DNA of 64,000 nucleotides from Octopus sinensis (taxonomy: Eukaryota). The stretch spans positions 4,215,360-4,279,359 of the forward strand of contig NC_043019.1 in assembly GCF_006345805.1 (NCBI RefSeq), read 5' to 3'. Made by a program: the position numbers and the translations under genes. Position 1 is the first letter of the stretch. Each line of letters begins with the position of its first letter. The notes under the pieces were generated by a model. The model ran no database searches. It was given only the letters and a program-made list of their open reading frames with translations, and had not been told where the DNA came from. Positions 39,401 through 47,494 of this stretch are shown here, in pieces.

Positions 39401-42400
39401 CTATCACCAATTCCACAATCACCACCAGCACATCACCTCTACCACCACCACTACCACCATCATCATTGTCACTATCACCATTGCCACAATCACAACCAGC
39501 ACCATCACCCCTACCACCACACTACCACCATCATCATTGTCACTATCACCAATTCCACAATCAACACCAGCACCATCACCTCTACCACCACCACTACCAC
39601 CATCATCATTGCACTATCACCATTGCCACAATCACCACCAGCACCATCACCCTACCACCACCACTACCACCATCATCATTGTCACTATCACCAATTCACA
39701 ATCACCACCAGCAACATCACCTCTACCACCACCACTACCACCATCATCATTGTCACTATCACCATTGCCACAATCACCACCAGCACCATCACCTCTACCA
39801 CCACCACTACCACCATCATCATTGTCACTATCACCATTGCCACAATCACCACCAGCACCATCACCCCTACCACCACCACTACCACCATCATCATTGTCAC
39901 TATCACCATTGCCACAATCACCACCAGCACCATCACCCCTACCACCACCACTACCACCATCATCATTGTCACTATCACCATTGCCACAATCACCACCAGC
40001 ACCATCACCCCTACCACCACACTACCACCATCATCATTGTCACTATCACCATTGCCACAATCACCACCAGCACCATCACCCCTACCACCACCACTACCAC
40101 CATCATCATTGTCACTATCACCATTGCCACAATCACCACCAGCACCATCACCCCCTACCCCACCACTACCACCATCATCATTGTCACTATCACCATTACC
40201 ACAATCACCACCAGCACCATCACCCCTACCACCACCACTACCACCATCATCATTGTCCTATCACCATTGCCACAATCACCCAGACCATCAACCTACCACC
40301 ACCACTACCACCATCATCATTGTCACTATCACCAATTGCCACAATCACCACCAGCACCATCACCCCCTACCACCACCACTACCACCATCATCATTGTCAC
40401 TATCACCATTGCCACAATCACCACCAGCACCATCACCCCTACCACCACCACTACCACCATCATCATTGTCCACTATCACCATTACCACAATCACCACCAG
40501 CACCATCACCCCTACCACCACCACTACCACCATCATCATTGTCACTATCACCATTGCCACAATCACCACCAGCACCATCACCCCTACCACCACCACTACC
40601 ACCATCATCATTGTCACTATCACAATTCCACAATCCCACCAGCACCATCACCCTACCACCACCCACTACCACCATCCATCATTGTCACATCACCATTGCC
40701 ACAATCACCACCAGCACATCACCCCCTACCACCACCACTACCACCATCATCATTGTCACTATCACCATTGCCACAATCACCACCAGCACCATCACTCTAC
40801 CACCACCACTACCACCATCATCATTGTCACTATCACCAATTCCACAATCACCACCAGCACCATCAACCCCTACCACCACCACTACCACCATCATCATTGT
40901 CACTATCACCATTGCCACAATCACCACCAGCACCATCACCCCTACCACCACCACTACCACCATCATCATTGTCACTATCACCAATTCACAATCACCACCA
41001 GCACCATCACCCCTACCACCACCACTACCACCATCATCATTGTCACTATCACCATTGCCACAATCACCACCAGCACCATCACCCCTACCACCACCACTAC
41101 CACCATCATCATTGTCACTATCACCATTGCCACAATCACCACCAGCACCATCACCCTACCACCCACCACTACCACCATCATCATTGTCACTATCACCATG
41201 GCCACAATCACCACCAGCACCATCACCCCTACACCACCACTACCACCATCATCATTGTCACTATCACCATTGCCACAATCACCACCAGCACCATCACCCC
41301 TACCACCACACACCACCATCATCATTGTCACTATCACCATTGCACAATCACCACACAGCACCATCACCCCTACCACACCACTACCACCATCATCATTGTC
41401 ACTATCACCATTGCCACAATCACCACCAGCACCATCACCCCTACCACCACCACTACCACCATCATCATTGTCACTATCACCAATTCCACAATCACCACCA
41501 GCACCATCACCCCTACCACCACCACTACCACCATCATCATTGTCACTATCACCAATTCCACAATCACCACCAGCACCATCACCCCTACCCACCACACTAC
41601 CACCATCATCATTTCACTATCACCATTGCAACAACAATCAACCACCCAGCAACCATCCACCCCTACCACCACCACTACCACCATCATCATTGTCACTATC
41701 ACCAATTCCACAATCACACCAGCACCATCACCCTTACCACCACCACTAACCACCCATCACATTGTCACTATCACCAATTCCACAATCACCACCAGCACCA
41801 TCACCCCTACCACACACCACTAACACCATCATCATTGTCACTATCACCAATTCCACAATCACCACCAGCACCATCACCCCTACCACCACCACTACCACCA
41901 TCATCATTGTCACTATCACCATTACCACAATCACCACCAGCAACCATCACCACTGCCTCTTCTGACTGAATTTCGCCACGGAAACACCCCCTACCATCTT
42001 CTTATTTCCAGGTGTGAAATCTCCGACTGTCTGACAACATTGCACGAGGCTTTGGCCATCTACGACCACATAGACCCAAACTACATCGGAAAGATCAAGG
42101 TCCTGCAACTGATTGCTCACTGCTATCTGCTGAACGAGGAATTTGACAATGCCAAGAAGTATTTCAAGAACATATCGGAAGTTAATAGTGACAACTTTTT
42201 GAGCAGCGTGTCAGAGGTTGAAGTCTTCTCAATGGCTTTGGAACACCTGGTTTATCTCAGTTTGGAAGATCCACAGGTATGAGTAATTAATAGCTTGTTG
42301 CTGATGTCATTGATAGAGATTAATTAGTTTGATGAAAAATAGGATTGATTGAAATATAAATGGTACATGAACATATAGGCGCAGGAGTGGCTGTGTGGTA

Positions 42401-42770
42401 AGTAGCTTGTTTACTAACCACATGGTCCCGGGTTCAGTCCCACTGCGTGGCACCTTGGGCAAGTGTCTTCTACTATAGCCTCGGGCCGACCAAAGCCTTG
42501 TGAGTGGATTTGGTAGATGGAAACCGAAAGAAGCCCGTCGTATATATGTATATATATATATATGTGTGTGTGTTTGTCTCCCTAGCATTGCTTGACAACC
42601 GATGCTGGTGTGTTTATATTCCCGTCACTTAGCGGTTCGGCAAAAGAGACCGATAGAATAAGTACTGGGCTTACAAAAATGAGTAAGTTCCGGGGTTGAG
42701 TTGCTCGATTAAAGGCGGTGCTCCAGCATGGCCACAGTCAAATGACTGAAACAAGTAAAAGAGTATATTA

Positions 42771-42801
<31 letters not shown>

Positions 42802-44705
42802 TGGTTTCAAATTCTGGTTCAAGGCCAGCAATTTTTGGAAAGTCAATTACTTTGACCCCAGTGCGCAGGACGTAGCAGGAGCCCCAACCAACATGACCAA
42901 TGTGGGTCAAAGGCAGGGTGAAAAAGAATGACACTGCCTTCACAGGACACTGGTCACGTGGTAGGGTAGAAGAAGTATATATAGAGAAAAAGAATAGGAT
43001 ATGGAGAGAGAGGAGGAAGGGGCAATCATCAGTAAATCATAAATCTCAAAGGGAAGCAGAGTAATTAGTTAAAGAGTAGCAGAGTAATTAGATAAATATG
43101 GTTATGGCTGGTCTGTGGAGTTTCCCTGGGTTTCATGTCCACAAAGTGCTTAGCTTTATGGTGTTTCTTCAGACCCTAATGACTGGTGGTCTGTAATCTC
43201 TCTGCAAAGTGGAGGGAGAAGAGACCTCATTATATATTTCTTTACTACCCACAAGGGGCTAAACATAGAGGGGACAAACAAGGACAGACAAAGAGATTAA
43301 GTCGATTACATCGACCCCAGTGCGTAACTGGTACTTAATTTATCGACCCCGAAAGGATGAAAGGCAAAGTTAACCTCGGCGGAATTTGAACTCGGAACGT
43401 AATGACAGACGAAATACGGCTACGCATTTTGCCCAGCGTGCTAACGTTTCTGCCAGCTCACCGCCATAATATGAAAGAATATGGCCAGTATGGGGCACGA
43501 AAGTGACCTCATTATAGGCCACCAACCATTAGGGTCTGAAGATATACCATATCTTTATCCAATATATATGTATATAAAATAAATAATAATGAAATTATTG
43601 TATGCAGTGCTCAGGTGCACCACAACTTGTCAGACAGTGCGTATAAAGTATGTGCAATAATGTACAAATGCTGGGAAAGCGAACAGTGTATGAGTCAGAT
43701 ACATGCTTGCGTGTGTATGGAGGGGAGAAAATCAGATGTAGTGTTGGCGAATCTCAGGAATAATAATAATGAAATTATTGTATACAGTGCTCAGGTACAC
43801 CACAACTTGTCAAAAGTGCGTATAAAGTATATGCAGTAATGTACAAATGTCTGGAAAGCGAACAGTGTATGAGTCAGATACATGCTTGCGTGTGTATGGA
43901 GGGGAGAAAGTCAGGTGTAGTGTTGGCGAATCTCAGGAATCATGGAAGTTTTGAAGGATGCAGTACTCCAACAACTAATAACCGATGCCGGCAGTTTGTT
44001 CCATGCTTCAGCAACTCTTAGCGTGGAAAAATGTTTCCGAAAGTCATGGGAGCTGTGCTGTTTTCTGACTTTGTAAACATTTCCACAGGTGTTAGATGGA
44101 GTTTGGAATGGTGCTCAGAGTTATAGTTTGTAAGATGGTTAATATATGTTTAAGTACCTGGTTTCTGTGATGTTTAAGTGACTCAGATCACAACATACCT
44201 TTTGAATGGGACATCAGTCCATTGCAGGGTTATACTTTTACAGCCACATGGACTGAGTCAACTTGGAATGAAATGTTAGACATAGCCTTGCGATTGTGAG
44301 TGGAACACCTTGACCACTAAGCCATATGTCTTAGCGCATGCACACACTGTTTAATTCTTAATTTCTTTCTTTTTTTATTTCTAGAACCAGCTGATTCATA
44401 TCGAGAATATTTTGAACCATCTAAGACAACTATATAAACGAAGTGTAAATGAGAAACAGAAGCTACGATATTTCAATGCTATTGGCAAGTACCAGTCCTT
44501 GAAAATACTCCTGGTAGATAGACTCAACCAAAATGAAGAACGGGCTGGACTCCTCATGGACTCAGTCCCGGTTCTTTGTAATTATTGTAAGACCTTCAGG
44601 CAGTATTTTAATTGCACTCAAGAGAATTATATTCATAAACTCTGCGGATTAAGATCTAATTTATTTGAAGTCGAATTTCAACAACAATTAAAGATTGTAG
44701 AATAA
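4122..44705 (+). CDS. 10-exon gene: NB-ARC-like STAND NTPase + winged helix + TPR repeats (NLR-like, ~856 aa)
   Basis: join(4122-4301,5201-6226,10471-10627,13852-13999,15711-15820,17548-17655,24012-24155,24264-24375,42012-42276,44385-44705) = 2571 nt = 857 codons with no internal stop. All introns are GT..AG with phases 0,0,1,2,1,1,1,2,0. Domain calls come from motif recognition, not an HMM search. Confidence 0.85.
5201..6226 (+). CDS. exon 2: Walker B, helical domain (GLP motif), winged helix
   Basis: Acceptor gacag at 5200. Motifs: KICIFDDF (5345-5368), [13 protein letters not shown] (RNBS-C-like), CGLPGLL (5621), [23 protein letters not shown]. Donor gtaaga at 6227. Confidence 0.92.
7110..7500 (-). 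mobile_element. SINE family A
   Basis: Reverse complement of the family A head, body and tail. Confidence 0.8.
7810..8100 (+). mobile_element. family E retroposon with (GAT)n tail
   Basis: CCAACCCATGCTAGCATGGAAAACGGACGCTAAATGATGA.. 3' end. Confidence 0.7.
8295..8688 (+). mobile_element. SINE family A
   Basis: Full head, microsatellite and tail. Confidence 0.8.
8967..9547 (+). repeat. 63-bp tandem repeat (~9 copies) inside a family E element (8967-9725)
   Basis: Unit CCTCGTCTGGCACCTGTGTCGGTGGCACATAAAAAACACCATCCGAGCGTGGCCGTTCGCCAG, with starts at 9031 and 9094. Confidence 0.9.
10018..10429 (-). mobile_element. SINE family A
   Basis: Full reverse copy ending about 40 bp upstream of the exon 3 acceptor. 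Confidence 0.8.
10471..10627 (+). CDS. exon 3: helical region leading into the TPRs
   Basis: Long polypyrimidine tract + cag at 10470. Translates [28 protein letters not shown]...TDLP. Donor gtatga at 10628. Confidence 0.85.
10941..13460. repeat. 30-bp minisatellite (~84 copies) in intron 3
   Basis: Unit GGTGAATTGATGACRGTGAATTTACCCTTC. It produces the [10 protein letters not shown] ORFs. Confidence 0.95.
13852..13999 (+). CDS. exon 4: TPR
   Basis: Acceptor ttttccacag at 13851. Translates [19 protein letters not shown]...[18 protein letters not shown] (TPR-like). Donor gtatgt at 14000. Confidence 0.85.
14148..14299. mobile_element. truncated copy of the piggyBac-like MITE
   Basis: Matches the right-hand 150 bp of 14390-14610. 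Confidence 0.65.
14390..14610. mobile_element. piggyBac-like MITE
   Basis: TTAA at 14386-14389 and 14611-14614; termini CCCTTT...AAAGGG. Confidence 0.75.
15068..15669 (+). mobile_element. 5'-truncated non-LTR retrotransposon, restriction-like endonuclease end (R4/Dong-like)
   Basis: YIHRHDRVV...[22 protein letters not shown]...*FLIDVSIP...KLSKYKDL...PIIVGALG with two in-frame stops; (TAA)n on both sides. Confidence 0.85.
15711..15820 (+). CDS. exon 5: TPR
   Basis: Only the TAG at 15708-15710 gives the required phase 2, yielding [41 protein letters not shown]. Donor gtaata at 15821. The acceptor context is unusual (TAA repeat). Confidence 0.7.
16043..16430 (+). mobile_element. SINE family A
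   Basis: Full copy. Confidence 0.8.
16586..17147 (-). mobile_element. internally deleted mariner element
   Basis: TIRs TTGGGTTGTCCGGAAAGTTCGTGCCGATT / AATCGGCACAAACTTTCCAATCAACGCAA with TA on both sides. The minus strand encodes [24 protein letters not shown]. Confidence 0.9.
17548..17655 (+). CDS. exon 6: TPR
   Basis: Acceptor tttgcag at 17547. Translates [36 protein letters not shown], matching the HPxxAxxLNxxG pattern of long TPRs. Donor gtaagt at 17656. Confidence 0.88.
17692..18025 (-). mobile_element. degraded SINE family A
   Basis: Tail and partial head recognisable; noisy. Confidence 0.6.
18170..18365. mobile_element. fold-back / MITE-like element
   Basis: ~85-bp inverted arms (18170-18255 / 18282-18365) with TA on both sides. 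Confidence 0.7.
19040..19450 (+). mobile_element. family E retroposon with (GAT)n tail
   Basis: Three internal GGCATGTAAAAAGCACC units; tail at 19423-19450. Confidence 0.7.
19695..20004 (+). mobile_element. tRNA-derived SINE family C
   Basis: Head GGAGGCGCAATGGCCCAGTGGTTAGG, B-box GGTTTCGATTCCC, GCGATGGACTGGCATCCCGTCCAG domain; ~15-bp TSD tttttcacac(g/a)gtgt. Confidence 0.8.
20184..20609 (-). mobile_element. SINE family A
   Basis: Full reverse copy inside the hAT MITE. Confidence 0.8.
20731..21046 (-). mobile_element. SINE family C
   Basis: Perfect 15-bp TSD caataaataccaata at 20716-20730 and 21047-21061. Confidence 0.85.
21611..22150 (-). mobile_element. RTE-type LINE 3' fragment
   Basis: [18 protein letters not shown]...[10 protein letters not shown]...VWRSMV followed by a (TGA)n tail. 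These are RTE-clade C-terminal motifs. Confidence 0.8.
23240..23789. repeat. 88-bp tandem repeat (6 full copies + partial), family E-derived
   Basis: Unit starts at 23240, 23328, 23416, 23504, 23591, 23679, 23767. Confidence 0.9.
24012..24155 (+). CDS. exon 7: TPR
   Basis: Acceptor tttcaatag at 24011. Translates [23 protein letters not shown]...[16 protein letters not shown]. Donor gtacgt at 24156. Confidence 0.82.
24264..24375 (+). CDS. exon 8: TPR
   Basis: Acceptor ttttttccag at 24263. Translates [37 protein letters not shown]. Donor gtaagt at 24376. Confidence 0.85.
24388..24812. mobile_element. MITE with GGATCTTT termini and 8-bp TSD
   Basis: TIRs GGATCTTTTCGGTTTGAACGGCAGTTTTT / AAAAACTGCCATTCAAACCGAAAAGATCC; TSD gtactttt at 24380-24387 and 24813-24820. 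Confidence 0.85.
25068..25410 (+). mobile_element. tRNA-derived SINE family D
   Basis: TGGCTCAGTGGTTAGAGCG A-box, GAGTTCGAATCCC B-box, TTGAGCAAGACACTT central domain. Confidence 0.7.
25506..25940 (-). mobile_element. family E retroposon
   Basis: (CAT)n followed by CGTTTAACGTCCGCTTTTCATGCTAGCATGGG. Confidence 0.7.
27452..27673 (+). mobile_element. small cassette with 26-bp inverted termini and a degenerate hammerhead core
   Basis: Perfect IR 27452-27477 / 27648-27673 in (TA)n. Core CTGAAGA-ATCTAC-TAGA-GTAGAT-GCAA at 27553-27579. Confidence 0.55.
27716..27975 (-). mobile_element. family E retroposon
   Basis: (CAT)n tail and conserved body. Confidence 0.7.
28316..41953. repeat. 72-bp CA-rich satellite (~190 copies, 13.6 kb) in intron 8
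   Basis: Unit ACCACCACCACTACCACCATCATCATTGTCACTATCACCATTGCCACAATCACCACCAGCACCATCACCCCT; period checked at 30481 and 30553. Confidence 0.97.
42012..42276 (+). CDS. exon 9: TPR
   Basis: Acceptor tatttccag at 42011. Translates [19 protein letters not shown]...[21 protein letters not shown]...EDPQ. Donor gtatga at 42277. Confidence 0.88.
42377..42764 (+). mobile_element. SINE family A
   Basis: Full copy. Confidence 0.8.
43235..43465 (-). mobile_element. SINE family B
   Basis: Full reverse copy. Confidence 0.8.
43582..44090 (-). mobile_element. CR1-type LINE 3' end with a tandemly duplicated 180-bp terminus
   Basis: Minus strand encodes [30 protein letters not shown] and ends in a (TTA)n tail. 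Repeat units start at 43582 and 43762. Confidence 0.7.
44385..44705 (+). CDS. exon 10: C-terminal helical region and stop
   Basis: Polypyrimidine tract + ctag at 44384. Translates [17 protein letters not shown]...QQQLKIVE*, in phase 0 with exon 9. Confidence 0.8.
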   Translation, partial: NQLIHIENILNHLRQLYKRSVNEKQKLRYFNAIGKYQSLKILLVDRLNQNEERAGLLMDSVPVLCNYCKTFRQYFNCTQENYIHKLCGLRSNLFEVEFQQQLKIVE

Positions 44706-44706
44706 A
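44701..44706 (+). promoter_or_regulatory. candidate polyadenylation signal AATAAA overlapping the stop codon
   Basis: gtaGAATAAAag, with a T/GT-rich stretch about 15-35 nt downstream. Confidence 0.35.
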
Positions 44707-44959
44707 AGAAGGTCTGTGATTTGACATTTTTGGTATGGTTGACTACATAAGAGCAGGGGTCAACTAGGAAACCTTGACCTGCTAGAAATGGTAGGTAAAT
44801 CTCCCTTGCACAAATAATGTTCTACGTCATTCAACGCTTAACGGAGACTCTGGAAAATGTAGTTTTAGATAAACTATCTTTTACATGTTTCGGTCATTAG
44901 ATTTTGGCCATGCTTGGACCAGTATTCCGTTTGCGATATGCTTTTGGAATGGAATTGAA

Positions 44960-45545
44960 AGCATGCTTTTTTTTAAACAACTTATGCCTGGAGATGAAAA
45001 ATGGATTGTGTATGAAAATGTAGGATGAAAAGATTCCAAAATAGCAACCAAAGACGAACATCCGTGCCAAAAAAGCTATGCTTTATGTTTGTTGGGATCA
45101 TAAAGGCATTATTTATTATGAGCCTCACCCACAAAACCAAATCATTAATTCTGATGTGTACTATCACCAGCTGGTTAATTTGAACCAATGATATCAAAGA
45201 ACTGAGGCCAGAGATTGCCAGGAGGACAAGGGTAGTGTTCCAGTAAGACTTTGGTTGACCATGTGTGTGTCTCTGGTTACCTGAACAAAGTTACGTGAAC
45301 TTGGCTGGGATCTCTTACACCATCCACCATACTCTCCTGATACCGTGCCATCCGACTACCACTTGTTTTTGTCTCTACAGAACTCATTGCAAGGAAAAAC
45401 ATTTAACAATTTAGACGGAGTCAGAATGCACCTAAAAAAACTTTGAGTCTTCAAGACCAGTCAGATTTTATGCTGATGGAATATTTAGATTGCCTGATAA
45501 TTGGGCAAAGGTCATTAATAATAATGGTAATTATTTCATTCACAA
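44960..45545 (+). mobile_element. degraded mariner transposase fragment
   Basis: GDEKWIVY at 44989, WDHKGIIYYE, HPPYSPD at 45321-45341; contains stops and frameshifts. Confidence 0.85.
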
Positions 45546-45568
45546 TGTAATATACATATATATATATA

Positions 45569-45994
45569 TGAATGAAAGAATGGAGTCGAACGAAGATGTT
45601 AACAAAATTCCTTTACTCTCGACATATGTTTCGAAGACACTCATTAACACTCGCACTCATTAACACAAGCGCACACCTGCACATCTCCATACATACAGCA
45701 AACATACTGTCCCCTACCTATTTTTACTTCCTCCTTCTAACCATTTTTGACGTCAATGCTTATAACGGATTTTTAAAAAAAAACACTCATTATCGCTGTG
45801 ATCACCATGTAGGCAATCATCAAAATTTTTGTTCATCTTGTGGTTGAGAGAGGCTCCTTATCTTTCCTGATGAGAAGATTGCATAATGCACCCTTTATTC
45901 CTTCGGAATAAAAATATGCTGTCTTCGAAAGATATGTCGAGAGTAAAGGAATTTTGTTAACATCTTCGTTCGACTCCATTCTTTCATTTATTCA
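45569..45994 (+). mobile_element. cassette with ~70-bp inverted termini (Penelope pLTR-like or MITE)
   Basis: IR 45569-45639 / 45920-45994 in (TA)n; carries a hammerhead motif. Confidence 0.6.
45855..45950 (+). ncRNA. type I hammerhead ribozyme motif
   Basis: Stem I 45855-45866 / 45939-45950; CTGATGA 45867-45873; stem II GAAGA/TCTTC; GAAA 45927-45930; short stem III with one mismatch; GTC triplet 45936-45938. Confidence 0.65.
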
Positions 45995-46254
45995 TATACA
46001 ACACACAGATTTCTACACAAGAACCCAGAGTTTCTACTCTTGACAGGTCGCTTCAACCGTGTTTTCTGACGTGAATTTGCTACCCAGATTTCGGTTGAAC
46101 GAATTTTCCATGCTGACGATAAACATAGGATAATTCATTCACCTACTTAAATATACATATATATATATATAAAGATCACAAAGAAATAAATAATTTTCTT
46201 ATGAGCTTCTTGAGTTTACTGCTGTTTCTACTGTATGATGCAATTAATGGACAG

Positions 46255-46555
46255 TGGAGGCACATGGCCTAGTGGTTAGAGCAGCAAAATCGCGGTCGAG
46301 GGATCACGGGTTCGAATCTCAGTCCGGGCGATGTGTGTGTTTATGAGCGAAACACCTAAGCTCCACGTGTCTACGGCAGAAGGTAATGGCGAACTTCTGC
46401 TGACTCTTTCGCCACAACTTTTTCTCACTCTTTCCTCCTGCATCTTGCAGCTCACCTGCGACGGACCGGTGTCCCGTCCAGGTGGGGAACCTATACGCCA
46501 AGGAAACCAGGAAACCGGCCCTTATGAGCCAGGCATGGCTCGAGAAGGAAGGAAC
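46255..46555 (+). mobile_element. SINE family C
   Basis: TGGAGGCACATGGCCTAGTGGTTAGAGC head, GGGTTCGAATCTC B-box. Confidence 0.75.
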
Positions 46556-46674
46556 ATTAATTGACTTGTACTTGAGTGCCCAAATAACACTTTATGGCCC
46601 CATCGGCGCCTTGAATATGAAGTGCAATTTATTTGGGTAAGAATTACATTTCTCCCTATATAAGGAATGGCATG

Positions 46675-46709
<35 letters not shown>

Positions 46710-46887
46710 ACACACACACACACACGCACATACACACATGAATGTAAATTTAATGTTTATTGAGTATTAAATGAAATGACTAAGTGAAAATAACAAATTT
46801 GCTATTAATAAGGTATATTAATTTGCTATTAATAAGGTATATATATGGATGTAGCTGTTCTTTCAGGAGGTTTACTCATCCTCTAAT

Positions 46888-47110
46888 CCATCATCATCAT
46901 CATCATCATATGTCCGTTTTCCATGCTAGCATGGATTGGACGGTTTGACCGGGGTCTGGGAAGCCATGAGGCTGCACCAGTCTCCAGTCTGATCTGGCAG
47001 TGTTTCTACAGCTGGATGCCCTTCCTAGCGCCAACCACTCCGTGAGTGTAGTGGTTGCTTTTTACGTGCCACCGGCATATGTGCCAGGCGAGGCTGGCAA
47101 CGGCCACGAT
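46888..47110 (-). mobile_element. family E retroposon
   Basis: (CAT)n tail and conserved body. Confidence 0.7.
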
Positions 47111-47137
47111 CAGTTGGTGCTAGTAATAAATATATAT

Positions 47138-47191
<54 letters not shown>

Positions 47192-47494
47192 GTATGTATA
47201 ACTTTGAGCCGTATAGAAGCAATGACTAGTGACCGAGACCTTTGGTGATATGCTGTGATTGTGAAGCCCTGTCAAGCCATGTGAAATTATAGTCATGGCT
47301 GATGTCACATAACTGGTGCTCATGCAGCTGCTAGCATGTACAGAGCACTGTTAGAGCATTGGACCTCACAAAGGCGAAGTGGCTGAGTTCCTTTCAAGTG
47401 TTGGGCTTTACAAAGGCAATGACGAAGACCTTTGGCACTACATTGTGCTTGAGAAGAAGACCCATCAAGCTGAGAAAAACCACAGTTGTAGTAG

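Noticed and set aside
28249-41969. Giant ORFs (up to 3257 aa) rich in His, Thr/Ile or Pro/Ser, resembling mucins or His-rich structural proteins
   Set aside because: All three + frames are open only because the 72-bp unit lacks stop codons. Frames switch at indels, there are no splice signals, and the region lies in an intron bounded by in-phase exons 8 and 9.
4122-44705. Naming the gene APAF1, NPHP3 or a vertebrate NLR
   Set aside because: There is no CARD, WD40 or LRR, and I do not recognise orthologue-level sequence similarity, so no symbol is given.
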